A stretch of DNA of 64,000 nucleotides from Balanoglossus misakiensis (GCA_040954595.2 CM082594.2:1878247-1942246), one strand, 5' to 3'. Counted from the first letter of the stretch, positions 11,935 through 27,300 are shown. Notes: generated from the sequence alone by a model not told the origin. Numbers and translations are program-made.

Positions 11935-12765
11935 CACCGTTTATGTTAATATATATGTGGATATATAGTGAATGAACGTTCAACCACACACACCTTCCAT
12001 CCCACTTGTAGACACGAGAGTGAAAAAATCGCGTCAAGGACACGATGGTCCCATTGAGTGATTACACAAGAAAAAGTCTACACCGGAGCACATGGCCATA
12101 TACAGACAGACAGGCACACACGTGCACACACACACACACACATAGCGAGAGATCAATGGGCAAACACTGACTGACCCATAAGCTGCCAATGGCATATGTA
12201 CTGTACATAAACTAAATAGAACAGCTGGCCTCTTTAAAACTTAGCCAGTTATGTAATAATTCAGGAATTTGCTGTGTTTATATGAATCACAGGATGGGGG
12301 CTTCCTGCCTCATTAAAACAACTCAATATTAAAGTAAATACACATCACTTTGCAAAGCAATCTGACCAGTAGTTCGTGAGTTACTGAGTTTTCCCAAAAT
12401 TCACATTTTTCCAGTTAATTTGCATAGTTTTGGCAATGACAACTTCATTTGAACAAACTCCCATCTACAGCCCAGCCTGCATCAGCACACCAAATATCAA
12501 GGTGATACACGCAGCGGTTTTCAGGTTTTTGATGTGGACGGACATACATCCATCCATCCATCCATACATACAGACGCAACCGATCCCATAAGGTCCCATG
12601 GTACATACCAATGGGACCGAAAAACTCGCCAAAATGAATAATCGGTGTTTACCTTTTATACATTTTGTCGAGATTTTTACTGTCATATCTTACAAATGGG
12701 ATGGGAGTTGTGTGTGGTCGAACGTTGATTCACTACATATCCAGATGTAGAATAACATAACGGTG
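11935..12765. mobile_element. Decayed non-autonomous element bounded by ~75-bp imperfect inverted repeats, with internal (CA)n/(CATC)n and a GGTCCCAT..ATGGGACC hairpin
   Basis: 11935-12010 (TGGATATATAGTGAATGAACGTTCAACCACACAC..CCATCCCA) is the reverse complement of ~12670-12765. Confidence 0.5.
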
Positions 12766-15309
12766 CCTTTTATCAAACATCATAAATGATTTTGTCTGAT
12801 TGTAAATCAAGATAACTGTTATTTATGACAAAATGGTCCAAAAATCCAAGAAATATCAGTATAGTCGAAAATTCCCGTATTTTTTAAAGTGAAATATTGC
12901 ATTTTTTTCGAATTGGAGCTCATGGGGCTTTAATCGTGCCAACATTTTCATATATGCGTAAGATTTTAAACAACTAAGAGGCATTGTTCTGGTACAGGTG
13001 ACGTAAAGTGCAATATTTGAAAAGTTATCAGTTGTACAAATTTCGCTAAAACAATTACAATACACAAATATTTAAGATTTCCCACAAATGAATTCATAAA
13101 ACTTTTCTCACCAAGAATTTCTTGTTTTCCAATACATCTTGTAGATTGAAAACGAATACAGAAATACAGAATAGAATTGTTTATTTCAAATGTCAGGGCC
13201 TCAGCCCATCACATAAAGACACTCTGTTTACAGAGAGAAATACTACATGGAATTAAACTATAAGCCAGCGTATCAATTCTGCTGCGTTTGCTGCTGTACA
13301 AAGTAATCCCGTTAAAAGACTTATGAACGAAAACTGCAAGTGTATATTAAAGTTGCTGAGTTTTAAGTTAAGAAAACAAAACATTTTAGTCCATGGGCCA
13401 GAGACCGAAACCCTCCCCCCCCCTGAGGATTTTTGCAGACATATATTTTTGGAAAGCCTATTTATCCAGCTGTCAGAATCAGGTTGTTTGCACTCATATT
13501 AATGGTGGGTGTGGCCGTGAGGAGCGGTTGTCATGGTAACGATAGCATAATTTGAGGGGTACTCATACAGTTAAAAAATGATATATTTCAGGATCTGAGA
13601 AAGCTAGAGAAAAAAATTAAACATTGGGTCTTATAAAGTAGGGGACGGGCTATCCAATGATTACATGACCGACAAGGTCAGAGGTCAAGTTCATCTTCAA
13701 AACGCGAGGTCAAAGTAAAAATTTCGCTATTTTTTGCACATCGATCATACATAGTTTCGATTTACTGGAAAACGGTTTGCTCGAGGAGGCTGTAAATTGG
13801 TCATCAGGTAGCATGGAACATTAGGTTTATGAAAAATAAGCTGATTCACGTCTTTGATATTAAGTTATATTAAAATTCTGTTACCATAACGACGGATAGC
13901 AGATTTTGCGAAAATCACAAAAATAAGAATCCTGCTATATCTTTGCTACCAATTAAGCTTTAGATAAAATTTAAACACTCAAACTTATAATGTCGGGTGC
14001 GATCTTTTCATTGCTAACTTGAACTTTGGGGTTCAAGGTCAAGGTCATCCTCAAATTTCAGGTCAAAGTGACAAAATGGACATTATGGATTTTTGTTCAA
14101 AATGACATTTTACGGCGAGCGTTTACTAAACACTGTTTGGTTCTAGAATGCTATAATTTGATCTCCAGATAGAGATGTGTATTGTTTACAAAGATTTTAA
14201 TTTGTTTTGCTGTTTACATATACTTAATATGCAAAACCTGCTGTTTTAATGACAACAAAATGAATGGTAGGAATAGCAAGAGTACTCATACAGTTAAAAT
14301 GAGATATTTCAGGTTCTGAGAAAGCTAGAGAAAAAATTTAAACATTCAGTATTATAAAGTAGGGTACGGACTATCCAATTATTACACGACCGACAAGGTC
14401 AGAGGTCAAGTTCATCTTCAAAACTTGGGGTCAAAGTGAAAATTTCGCTATTTTTTGCATATCGGTCATACATAGTTTTGATTTACTGGAAAACGGTTTG
14501 CTCGAGGAGGCTGTAAATTGGTCATCAGGTTGCAAGGAATATTAGCTTTAAGAAAAATAGGCCTATTTTCGTCTTTGGTTGTAATTTATATTAAAATTCT
14601 GTAACCATAACGACGGATAGAAGATTTTGCGAAATTCCCCAAAATAAGAAACTTGCTATATCTTTGCTACCAATTAAGCTTTAGATAAAATTTAAACACT
14701 CAAACTTGTATTGTCGGATGCGAGCTTTTGATTGCTAAATTGAACTTTGGGGTTCAAGGTCAAGGTCATCCTCAAATTTCGGTTCAAAATGACATTTTAC
14801 GGCGAGCGTTTACTACACTGTTGGGATCTAGAATGCTATAATATTGTATATTTTGATATTTTAAATTTAAAGTTCAGGGTCACCTTCAAAAGATGGGGTC
14901 AAAATTCAATATCCCAACTCTAATTAGTGTTGCAGATCTCCCCAGAAAAAACGAACTCTCTGACTTGGCCATACAACATTTTGTGTCATACACCATTTTA
15001 AAGTTAAGTTCTGAGAGTTTGAAAATGCTTGATGACATTTTCAATTCCCATGGCGAGCTGATGAATTCAAGATTTAGTAAAATTGGTATATTTCTTGAAA
15101 TATGCGAACGTGCATTTGCAATTGCTATAAAGGGACATACATTATCAGCATGCTTTTACTGTAAAAATACTATATTCAACTTATATTGTGGCCATTCTAT
15201 GGTATTTCAGTTTAAATATGTACAAAGTTTTATCATATTTAGCACATTCTTATCAAGATGATTTCTGTTGATATGACAAGTTGACGTAAGGAGTCATCTT
15301 GCCCCTCTA

Positions 15310-16900
15310 TCAGACGCTGCAATTGCGTGTAGAACTAAGAACAATTCGCGTATCTGCTTCTTCACTGTATCTTTTGCGACAACAAAAGTGGTGAAGTTTG
15401 GTCCTCCACTTACAATTCATTTTTGACCAATGTTGAGATCTACTTTTTTCATAATGTGTAGCATTTTGCAAAATTTGCTTTGTTTTCAGACTAGTGGTAA
15501 GCAAGAATGCCGTCCATTTTGTCGGAGCAACTAGATCAAGTATTATATGATGTGCTGGTGCAACACTCACATCACGTGTTTGGCCTTTGATCCTTTGATC
15601 CGTTTGGCATCATAATTATCAATGATCATGTGTATTTGCGAATTATCAACAGGACCTAAAATTCGGCCTCTATTCTACATTATGTATTCCATAAATCCTA
15701 TTGCTATATCGATAAAAGTGATTCTGTCTACAAGATTAGGACCAGACAGAGACTGAATGGTCATCATAAACTATGGCATCGGCAGCCTCAAGTCTAGTCT
15801 ATCTGTCTCCTGGAAATGAATTTTAAGTCCATCATCTGAAAACAAACAGAGAGGAACGTTGGAATTTTCAATGACTCCAATGAGTGGCATCTTCTAACTT
15901 GTATTAACAGCAGGTAATCAAAGATAAACCGTCTTCTTCATTTTTGTCATGTTTTTACATTGCCGCAAGTCATACTATGATAGAAGCACTTACACGGTTT
16001 GTCAGGTTCTTCTTGTATAATTATTTGCTCAGAAAAAAACCCCAGCCATATCTTTTGACTGCTTTTCCATATCGGATCTTATTTTGTTTACCAATACTGC
16101 ATATTTATTTGTGAAATGTATCAGAGAACTTTGCAGTAATCGGTCCACCCAAAACCACTTTTCAAGTGCTAAACCTCTCATCTTTAATCCTATAACACCA
16201 CCAGCACCCTTTAGTGAATCGTCAGATAAGTTTGCCATGAATCCTCCTCATTTAATGACTCTTGTACACTTTTGGGTATTCCATGCATCACCAGAATAAG
16301 TACTGACATGTATCTTGCATAGTCCGTTTCGATTGGCACAAAACAACAGAGGTAATAATAGCTGATTCTTAGCAGTTTGGCAAATATCTCAATCACCATT
16401 TCTTAATGCACTTACATTTCCACCGGTGGGTAGAGTTGTAATGGCAGCAATACTCTACACAAAGTCATACCAAAAGTTAAAAGTTACTCCTCTCTTGTCT
16501 GAACTCAGCCATAAGCGGGAAATGATGTTCAATGATGTGTTCCACAAAATTGTGAACTATTTCCAAAAGTTCATTAGCAGGCTGGGAAGTCAAAAGATCA
16601 CAATCCATCTCAGGCATTGACTGTGTTCCCTACCTTTACACCATGATAAAAAGTTGCAGAACCTATAGCGCTGGACGTTTCATCAGCAAGATGGAGGCCA
16701 TGCAATGACAAACAACCGGAAAACATTTCCACATGAGCAAACGTTTTTTTTTTAAAAACGTAGCATTCATTTTGTATGATTATGAATGATTGTGATTTAA
16801 AAACATTGCTTTTGAGTATATAATGTGTCTTAAGTGCTTTACGCACAATTTCCAAAAAATCTCTGTGCCTAAAACACAGATATTCGATCGGTTTGTCTGG
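15310..16900 (-). pseudogene. Degenerate Academ-type transposase fragments
   Basis: Motifs DYARYMSV, KGAGGVIG....LEKWF, VPLCLF.DDG and SEEADTRIVL are scattered across frames with stops. Confidence 0.65.
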
Positions 16901-17884
16901 ACTATTGCTACAGTGGCATCATGGGATAACGCATAAATCAGCATGACTCGCACTCCCACGGTCGCGTTTTTTTATATAATAATATCCAGAAATCAAAGTG
17001 GCATCTTATTTGAATATTAATATCAAAATATACAAAATTAAAGCTGCAAGCAGCGTTGGCGGGGCACAAGCGGTTCCCATGGTGACCAGCAAATGCCACG
17101 GCTGTATCTGCTAGGGATACCAAGATATGGGAAAGTAGGTCAAAGGTCACCTGAGGTCACCCCAAATTTGGGCAAAAATATTGGACCCCATACTAGTCTA
17201 GATCCAACAAAAAACCAGACCCCTAGCCCTATTGGTTCGCCTGCAATTAGGTATGCACATAATTAATGAGGTCTTGTGTAAGACTCCATATGTGCTCCAT
17301 CGGCCCCCAAAAGCCAGGACTCTAACTGCTGTGGATGCTGAGATATGGGAAAGTAGATCAAAGGTCATCCAAGGTCACCCAAAATTTGGGCATAAAATTT
17401 TGACCCCAGAGTGGGCCATGTCCAACTAAAACCAGACATCTAGCCCTATTGGTTAGCCTGGAATTAGATATGCAGAAAAATGATGTTTCAGAAATAGGTC
17501 AAGGGTCATTGCCATGGGAAAGTAGATCAAAGGTCATCCAAGGTCACCCAAAATTTGGGCATAAAATTTTGACCCCAGAGTGGGCCATGTCCAACTAAAA
17601 CCAGACCTCTAGCCCTATTGGTTAGCCTGGAATTAGATATGCAGAAAAATGATGTTTCAGAAATAGGTCAAGGGTCATTGCCAAAATTACCAAAATATTT
17701 GTGTCATGTCCTGGCAGCATTGGTACCCATGTCCACAAAATTCATGACTGTGGTGCTTTGACAAGAGGAGGTATGGGGAATATGCATATATAATTCGCGG
17801 GTTCCGAGTTCTCAATAAAGTAGAAAGTTCATAGACTCTTGTCGCCTGAGGGCGTGCGAGTTGGGATCACTGCACTTCCGGTCC

Positions 17885-19586
17885 TGAATGAGGTCATGTT
17901 TACATAAGTTCCTGACCTGAGAAAGTTTTTGTCGGAAAGAGGTATAACTTGTTGTAATACCAGGAAAGATAGACTAATTCAGGTAGTGGAGTTAGCTATA
18001 GAACTGGACGTTCGGCCACTAGAGCCTGGTGACCAGGAAATTTCGAGCATAAAAAGGCGGACGGTAGCAGACAATCGCGACCCAGCCAAAAGCAATTCTA
18101 CATCACTTTGCCTGATCCGGCGACGATCACCGAGTGGGTCAGCGACCTCCATTCTCTTCTGAGGCTGTAATTGTGTTGCGTAAGTATTTTTTTATATAAA
18201 TTTTATCATTTTAATCCACCGTAGCTTTTAGTTCTACCAGTGTGACTAGGTACATAGAAATGGTGGGTTGAAATAACCATGGTTATACATGTATTTTGAC
18301 ATTTGTTTTTTAGTTCGGTTTGCTTTATCTGTGTGTTTGGATGAGAAAACTGTCAGTAGAGTCTGACAGAATTGTCTATGTTTTTCCAACAGTATCTGTT
18401 GACTAATTTAAAGTGCTGTTGAAGACTGTAAATCAGGATTTGCAAAATTAGATAATATTTGAAAATAGTTAATATGATTTCATTCTCCATTTGATGCATT
18501 GACGTTTTAGGTTTGAATACCTCAGTTTTCATTTGACAGTCGCTGCAGAGAGGCATAAACAAAAAAGCTGCAATCGTGCGTTAACATTTACCATGTATCT
18601 GAATTTTTTTTACAGTGAGCATGGAACATGCAAACATTGTGTTGCATTGTTGTTTAGCATCAACGACTTCGATAGACGCCACAAAGACAGAAATATTCAA
18701 GTTGGTACTGATGTTCCCTGTAAGTGGGATAAACCCCGCAGAGAGTCCACTCCTATGGAAATAGATGAGCTTGACATTAGAAAGGATAAGTCTGAGCCTG
18801 ACACACCAAGACCAATTGTGTCCAACTATTATCCAGGTGCCATTTGATGTCCTCCCATGATACCCTCTCCCATCAGGACTTGAACTAAGATATGGCTTGT
18901 CAGAACTGATGACTAAGCCAACATCTTGAAATTTCACTTTCCGGTGCAACTTTTTGTATTGCTCATGATATAAATGCTTAGCAACAGGTTCATGTTTAAT
19001 ACCACAATCAATGTGGGTTGAAGGTATTGTCCTGTGACTGCCAGACATAATTTTTTGGACTATGTAGTCATTCAAATCCCGAGTTTCTTTCATGTGAAGC
19101 CGAAGGATATCATGTGCAATACTGGCAGTAACGCTCCCTTGTCCATACAAATACCAATCCTCATAATCTCTTTGATCAGCTGTCAGTGATGACATAAAAT
19201 CAATATCAGCTTCTGATACAGATTCTCCAATATAGCTAGTAAAATCACTATCATTGCCAGCTTTAAATGTGTGAAATCAAATGTTCCAGCAAACACCGCA
19301 ATATATTCCCATGTGATATATCAAGCCTAGAGTTCCCAAATACCATGTATTTTTGGATGTAGATGGCAAAGTGTGTTTGAGGAGGACATCAAAATGGTAT
19401 ACCCAAATACAAATGCAACTTGCTACTTGTAAACTGCAATGGTGTGATTTTGTGTTATTCACAAGAAAAGCCATTTCAATAGAGAGGATATATTTCGATG
19501 AATTGTTTGGGAAAACAACTGAAGCTAAACTTTCAACATTTTATGAGGATTTTATTGTAACTAACATTGTTGTCAGTTGTACATAG
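17885..19586 (+). pseudogene. SAP-like/SWIM zinc finger/YqaJ (lambda-exonuclease-like) gene, broken and partly inverted
   Basis: LRKFLSERGI; CKHCVALLF (SWIM); VTAS..GIKHEP.A..GLVIS...YLSSSPDG on the - strand; EIKC and YTQIQMQLATCKLQWCDFV on the + strand. Confidence 0.75.
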
Positions 19587-19658
19587 AACTGTTGTTGATA
19601 GTGAAAAGGATAACCAGGGTATAGCTTAGTATTGTTTACTTTTATTTTACAAGACAAG

Positions 19659-19914
19659 TGACTCTCACTTTTTGTTTCACTTATGACGTCAAAGAGGTTG
19701 TGACTGTAGAGAGATCCAATACAAAATATGTTGTAAGGGAATCAAGGAATGTTTGCATTAACCAACTAACCTACTAACCGAAACCAAGTTCCCCAGTTCA
19801 CTAACCAACTGACCAACTAACATACAATATTCCCTTACAACATATTTTGTATTTCACACTTCTCTACAGTCACACCCTCTTTAATGTCAAAAGTGAAACA
19901 AAAAGTGAGAGTCA
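19659..19914. mobile_element. MITE-like foldback with ~85-bp arms
   Basis: TGACTCTCACTTTTTGTTTCACTT..AATACAAAATATGTTGTAAGGGAAT and its reverse complement flank an (AACY)-rich spacer. Confidence 0.65.
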
Positions 19915-20311
19915 TCACTCATGGTACTTCTAAAACTAGTAGAGTGACGTGTGAAACTCTTGTGAAAGCATTAAGATATGAATCAAAAAGACACCACATG
20001 TACAGCCACAGTTACATTTTTATTGGCTGAATAAAATTCATGACATGTCTAAAAATGTAACTATTGTAAATGCTTTGCTTTTTTGTGTGTGGAGTAAACG
20101 TCAGCGATTGTGAGCGCGTATGTGTAGGGAACACGTAGCGACGCTACCAGAAACCATGAGATCAGTCTCAAATTCGAAACTCGCCTCACTACCAGAAACA
20201 TGCTCAAGGCAAGCACGCACACAATATTGAGATTATTAATAAAGACAAACAAAAAATCACCGCAAACACACACAAAGTATTGATATTCCAAAAATCACCA
20301 AGCGACTAGTG

Positions 20312-20479
20312 GGCATCCTTTCGACGTAACACGGAAATCCACTGCTGGCGAAGTCAGCGATGTTTCTCAGTTGGGAATGCATGAAATGTCACGTCTGCCA
20401 ATCCAGGGTATTTTGCGGTGTTTCTTTTATTGCGCAAGCTGATAGTACACTCCGGAGCCGCACAAAACCAATTAACCAT
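20312..20479 (-). pseudogene. THAP domain remnant (transposase N-terminus)
   Basis: Manual translation MVNWFCAAPECT...VTFHAFPTEKHR*LRQQWISVLRRKDA has the THAP motifs C-x4-C, FHxFP and W..RR, with an in-frame stop. Confidence 0.7.
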
Positions 20480-21300
20480 TTTCAGGAAGTCTTTTTGTCA
20501 AAATAATGCCAGTACGGAGTTGCAAGCAGAAGTGATCACGATCGATCACACATGCACTGCCGCCATTTTGAATTTTGGTCCCATCGGATCATGCACTTTG
20601 TACTTATAATGACGTCATTGATACGCCCTCACGCGGCCAAGGTGGCCTGTTTCGGTAACTCGGAACCCACGAATTAGTTGTTTTAAAACTGGGTCAAAGG
20701 TCATGTGAAAATTTCCCCGAAAAATTGTGACAACTTCCGGTCATATGATGACTCATATCCAAAAAAAGAATTTCCGTGCTGTCAACATTTGGGCTACAAA
20801 ACAGAATTTTCATTTTTCAATGGTTTTCCGAAAATCCAACATGGCCGCCATAATGATCGACCAATCACAGTGCGCTTCGCAAACTTGATAGACATAGGTT
20901 AGGTGACCACATACCCCGAATCCCGTGACTCGGCAATCGCTGGTTCTGGAGAAGAAGATTTTTAAAGTTTTAAGTAGTTTTTCAGGAAAACAATTGTAGC
21001 AAAAAAACGGTATGTGTGACGTGATGATTTCAATTGGGTAAAATGATGGACAGAAGGTAGGCTCCTGCACACCAAATTTGAACTCGATCGGCCCAGTAGT
21101 TTTTGAGAAGGACTCGTTTAACGATTTTCAGGAAATCCAATATGGCCGCCAGGTCACGTGACTAATTAAATATTCACAAGCCACTGCACGTCTACTCATT
21201 GGCCCCTATCTCCCTACCAAGTTTCAGCCCCCTAGGTGCTGCCGTTTTCCAGATCTACCTGGCCGAAAATCCCAGAAGAAGAAGAATAATAATAATAATA

Positions 21301-24300
21301 ATTAAAGCTGCAAGCAGCATTGTCCGGGCCCAAGCTCTATTATCTGATCTGATTATTAGATATGCACATAATTAATGAGTAGAAACATAATGCTGTGTTT
21401 TATCCCATGAAATATCAAGGTTATATCTATGTTTGGTGCTGATATAGTGTTAAGTAGGTCAAAGGTCTCCCAGAGGTCACCCACAATTTGGGCAGAAAAT
21501 TTTACCCATAGTGGCCCATGTCCTACAAAAACCAGACCTCTAGCCCTTTTGGTTAGCCCGGAATTAGGTATGCACATAAATAATGAGTTAAGCAGGTGTC
21601 ACTGGTGACCAAAAACTTTGGCTTTTCATTATGGCCCCATATCTCCAAATGCCAAGGTTGTACCTGCTTTGGATGCCGAGATATGCAAAAGTAGGTCAAA
21701 GGTCATCTGAGGTCACCCAAAATTTGGGCAGAAAATTTTGACCCATAGTGGTCCATGTCCAACAAAAACCAGACCTCTAGCTCTTTTGGTTAGCCCGGAA
21801 TTAGGTATGCACATAAATAATGAGTTAAGCAGGTGTCACAGGTGACCCAAAACTTTGGCTTTTCATTATGGCCCCATACCTCCAAATGCCAAGGCTGTGC
21901 CTGCTTTGGATGCTGAGATATGCAAAAGTAGGTCAAAGGTCATCTGAGGTCATCCAAAATTTGGGCAAAAAATTTTGACCCCATACTAGTCCTCTCCAAC
22001 AAAAACAAAACCTCTAGGTCTATTCGTTCGCCTGTAATTAGCTATGCACATAATTAATGAGGTCAGCAGGGGTCAAAGGGGTCGTGAAAAGTAGCAAAAT
22101 ATTTTGATCACACACTAATCCACATACTTCAAAAACCAAACTTATAGCCCTATTGGTTAGCCTGGAATAAGATATGCAGAAAAATGATGCATCAAAAGTA
22201 GGTCAAAGGTCATTGCCAAAATTACCAAAATATTTATAGCACATTGTAGTCATATGATGATTCATATCCATAAAAAGAATTTCTGTGCTATCAATTTTTA
22301 GGCTAGAAAGGGAATTTTTACTTTTTAATCGTTTTTCGCAAAATCCAATATGGCCGCCATAATCTTCGACCAATCACATTCCTCTTCCCAAACTTGATAG
22401 ACATCAGTATAGTGACCATACTCCCCAAATCGTGTGACTCAATTATCGCCGGTTCTTGAGAAGAAGATTTTTGAAATTTTACTAGGGTTTTTCGAAAATC
22501 CAATATGGCCGCCATAATCTTCGACCAATCACAATGATCTTCGCAAACTTGATAGACATCAGTTAGGTGACCACATACCCCAAACCCCGTGTCTCGGTTA
22601 TCACCGGTTCTGGAGAAGAAGATTTTTGAAATTTAAGCCAGATTTCAGAAAAAAAATTGTAGCAAAAAAACTGCAACTTTGTCAGCATAATTTCCAATTA
22701 CAAAAATGATTGACAGAAGGTAGTCTACCTGCACGCCAAATTTGAAGTTGATCTGACTTGTAGTTTCTGAGATCTGAGATTTGCATTTTTTCAGAAAATC
22801 CAAGATGGCCGCCAGGTCACGTGACTAATTAAAAATTCACAGGTTCAATGCACGACTACTCATTGACCTTGACCACTGTAGCAAGTTTCAGAAGTGTACC
22901 TGCAGTGGTGTCTGAGATCTAGAGCGACAAAGAATTGACACAAGAATAAAGAAAGAAAGAAGAAAGAAGAAAGAAGGAAAGACAGAAAAACCCCAACGAA
23001 ACCAATAGGGCCCAAGCGCTGGCTTGCGCTTGGGCCCTAAAGAAGGAAAGACAGAATTAAAGCTGCAAGCAGCATTGTCCGGGCCCAAGCTCTATTATCT
23101 GATCAGATTATTAGATATGCACATAATTAATGAGTAAAAACATAATGCTGTGTTTTATCCCATGAAATATCAAGGTTATATCTATGTTTGGTGCTGATAT
23201 AGTGTTAAGTAGGTCAAAGGTCATCTGAGGTCACCCAAAATTTGGGCAGAAAATTTTGACCCATAGTGGTCCATGTCCAACAAAAACCAGACCTCTAGCC
23301 CTTTTGGTTAGCCCGGAATTAGGTATGCACATAAATAATGAGTTAAGCAGGTGTCACAGGTGACCCAAAACTTTGGCTTTTCATTATTGCCCCATACCTC
23401 CAAACGCCAAGGCTGTATCTGCTGTGGATGTCGAGATATGCAAAAGTAGGTCAAAGGTCACCCGAGGTCACCCAACATTTGGGCAAAAATTTTTGACCCA
23501 ATACTGGTCCATGTCCAACAGAAACCAAACCTCTAGGTCTATTGGTTCATCTGAAATTAGGTATGCGCATATTTAATGAGGTCAGCAGAGGTCAAAGGGG
23601 TCATGAAAAGTAGCAAAATGTTTTGATCACATACAAATCCACATACATCAAAAAACAAAATGATAGCCCTATAGGTTAGCCTGGAATTAGATATGCAGAA
23701 AAAACGATGTGTCAAAAGTAGGTCAAAGGTCATTGCCAAAATTACCAAAATATTTATAGCTTATTCTTGTCATATGATGATTCATATCCATAAAAAGAAT
23801 TTCTGTGCTATCAATTTTTAGGCTAGAAAAGGAATTTTTACTTTTTAATCGTTTTTCACAAAATCCAATATGGCCGCCATAATCTCGACCAATCACATTC
23901 CCCTTCGCAAACTTGATAGACATCGGTTTAATGACCACACACACCAAATCTTGTGACTCGGTTATCGCCCGTTCTTGAGAAGAAGATTTTTGAAGTTTTA
24001 CTATGGTTTTTCGAAAATCCAATATGGCCGCCATAATCTTCGACCAATCACAATGATCTTCGCAAACTTGATAGACATCAGTTAGGTGACCACATACCCC
24101 AAACCACGTGACTCAGTTATCACCGGTTCTGGAGAAGAAGATTTTTGAAATTTAAGCCAGATTTCAGAAAATAAATTGTAGCAAAAAAACTGCAACATTT
24201 ACAGCAAAATATCCAATTACAAAAATGATGGGTAGAAGGTAGTCTACCTGCACGCCAAATTTGAAGTTGATCTGACTTGTAGTTTCTGAGATCTGAGATT

Positions 24301-27300
24301 TGCATTTTTTCAGAAAATCCAACATGGCCGCCAGGTCATGTGACTAATTAAAAATTCATGGGTTCAATGCACGACTACTCATTGACCTTGACCACTGTAG
24401 CAAGTTTGAGAACTGTACCTGCAGTGGTGTCTGAGATCTAGAGCGACAAAGAATTGACAGAAGAATAAAGAAAGAAGAAAGAAAGAAAGAAAGAAGGAAA
24501 GACAGATTAAAGCTGCAAGCAGCATTGTCCGGGCCCAAGCTCTATTATCTGATCAGATTATTAGATATGCACATCATTAATGAGTAGAACCATAATGCTG
24601 TGTTTTATCCCATGAAATATCAAGGTTATATCTATGTTTGGTGTTGATATAGTGTTAAGTAGGTCAAAGGTCACCCAGAGGTCACCCACAATTTGGGCAG
24701 AAAATTTTGACCCATAGTGGTCCATGTCCAACAAAAACCAGACCTCTAGCCCTTTTGGTTAGCTCGGAGTTAGGTATGCACATAAATAATGAGTTATGCA
24801 GGCGTCACAGGTGACCCAAAACTTTGGCTTTTCATTATGGCCCCATACCTCCAAACGTCAAGGCTGTATCTGTTGTGGATGTCGATATATGCAAAAGTAG
24901 GTCAAAGGTCACCCGAGGTCACCCAACATTTGGGCAAAATATTTTGTCCCCATACTGGTCCATGTATAACAAAAACAAAACCTCTAGGTCTATTAGTTCA
25001 TCATCAATTAGGTATGCGCATATATAATGAGGTCACCAGAGGTCATGAAAAGTATCAAAAATTTTTTATCACATACAAATCCACATACATCAAAAACCAA
25101 ACTTATAGCCCTATTGGTTAGCCTGGAATTAGATATGCAGAAAAATGATGCGTCAAAAGTAGGTCAAAGGTCATTGCCAAAATTACCAAAATATTCATAG
25201 CTTATTCTTGTCATATGATGATTCATATCCATAAAAAGAATTTCTGTGCTATCAATTTTAAGGCTAGAAAAGAAATTTTTACTTTTTAATCGTTTTTCAC
25301 AAAATCCAATATGGCCGCCATAATCTTCGACCAATCACATTCCCCTTCGCAAACTTGATAGACATCTGTTTAATGACCACACACACCAAATCTTGTGACT
25401 CGGTTATCGCCCGTTCTTGAGAAGAAGATTTTTGAAATTTTACAATGGTTTTTAGAAAATCCAATATGGCCGCCATAATCTTCGACCAATCACAATGATC
25501 TTCGCAAACTTGATAGACATCAGTTAGGTGACCACATACCCCAAACCGCGTGACTCGGTTATCGCCGGTTCTGGAGAAGAAGATTTTTGAAATTTTGACC
25601 AGATTTCAGAAAAACAACTGTAGCAAAAAAACTGCAACATTGACAGCAAAATATCCAATTACAAAAATGATGGGTAGAAGGTAGACTACCTGCACACCAA
25701 GTTTGAAGTCGATCTGACTTGTAGTTTCTGAGATCTGAGATTTGCATTTTTTCAGAAAATCTAATATGGCCGCCAGGTCACGTGACTAATTAAAAATTCA
25801 AGGGTTCAATGCACATCTACTCATTGACCTTGACCACTGTAGCAAGTTTGAGAAGTGTACCTGCAGTGGTGTCTGAGATCTAGAGCGACAAAGAATTGAC
25901 ACAAGAATAAAGAAAGAAGAAAGAAGAAAGAAGGAAAGACAGAAAAACCCCAACGAAACCAATAGGGCCCAAGCGCTGGTATGCGCTTGGGCCCTAAAAA
26001 ACCCCAACGAAACCAATAGGGCCCAAGCGCTGGCTTGCGCTTGGGCCCTAAAAACCCCAACGAAACCAATAGGGCCCAAGCGCTGGTATGCGCTTGGGCC
26101 CTAAAGAAAGAAGAAAGAAGGAAAGACAGAATTAAAGCTGCAAGCAGCATTGTCCGGGCCCAAGCTCTATTATCTGATCTGATGCTAATATAGTGTTAAG
26201 TAGGTCAAAGGTCACCCGAGGTCACCCAACATTTGGGCAAAATATTTTGACCCCATACTGGTCCATGTATAACAAAAACAAAACCTCTAGGTCTATTGGT
26301 TAATCTGTAATTAGGTATGTGCATATTTAATGAGGTCAGCAGAGGTCAAAGGGGTCATGAAAAGTAGCAAAAATTTTTTATCACATACAAATCCACATAC
26401 ATCAAAAACCAAACTTAAAGCCCTATTGGTTAGCCTGGAATTAGATATGCAGAAAAATGATGCATCAAAAGTAGGTCAAAGGTCATTGCCAAAATTACCA
26501 AAATATTTATAGCTTATTCTTGTCCTATGATGATTCATATCCATTAAAAGAATTTCTGTACTATCAATTTTTAGGCTAGAAAGGGAATTTTTTCTTTTTA
26601 ATCGTTTTTCACAAAATCCAATATGGCCGCCATAATCTTCGACCAATCACATTCCCCTTCGCAAACTTGTTAGACATCTGTTTAATGACCACACACACCA
26701 AATCTTGTGACTCAGTTATTGCCGGTTCTTGAGAAGAAGATTTTTGAAATTTTACTAGGGTTTTTCGAAAATCCAATATGGCCGCCATAATCTTCGACCA
26801 ATCACAATGATCTTCGCAAACTTGATAGACATCAGATAGGTGACCACATACCCCAAACCCCGTGTCTCGGTTATCACCGGTTCTGGAGAAGAAGATTTTT
26901 GAAATTTAAGCCAGATTTCAGAAAAAAAATTGTAGCAAAAAAACTGCAACATTGACAGCATAATTTCCAATTACAAAAATGATTGCCAGAAGGTAGTCTA
27001 CCTGCACGCCAAATTTGAAGTCGATCTGACTTGTAGTTTCTGAGATCTGAGATTTGCATTTTTTCAGAAAATCCAAGTTGGCCGCCAGGTCATGTGACTA
27101 ATTAAAAATTCATGGGTTCAATGCACTACTACTCATTGACCTTGACCACTGTAGCAAGTTTGAGAACTGTACCTGCAGTGGTGTCTGAGATCTAGAGCGA
27201 CAAAGAATTGACACAAGAATAAAGAAAGAAAGAAAGAAAGAAGAAAGAAAAACCCCAACGAAACCAATAGGGCCCAAGCGCTGGTATGCGCTTGGGCCCT

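Larger units (their letters stand above)
17791..20676. mobile_element. ISL2EU/IS4EU-like DNA transposon relic (convergent SWIM-YqaJ and THAP ORFs)
   Basis: TIR TAATTCGCGGGTTCCGAGTT / AACTCGGAACCCACGAATTA, with the coding remnants listed separately. Confidence 0.7.
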
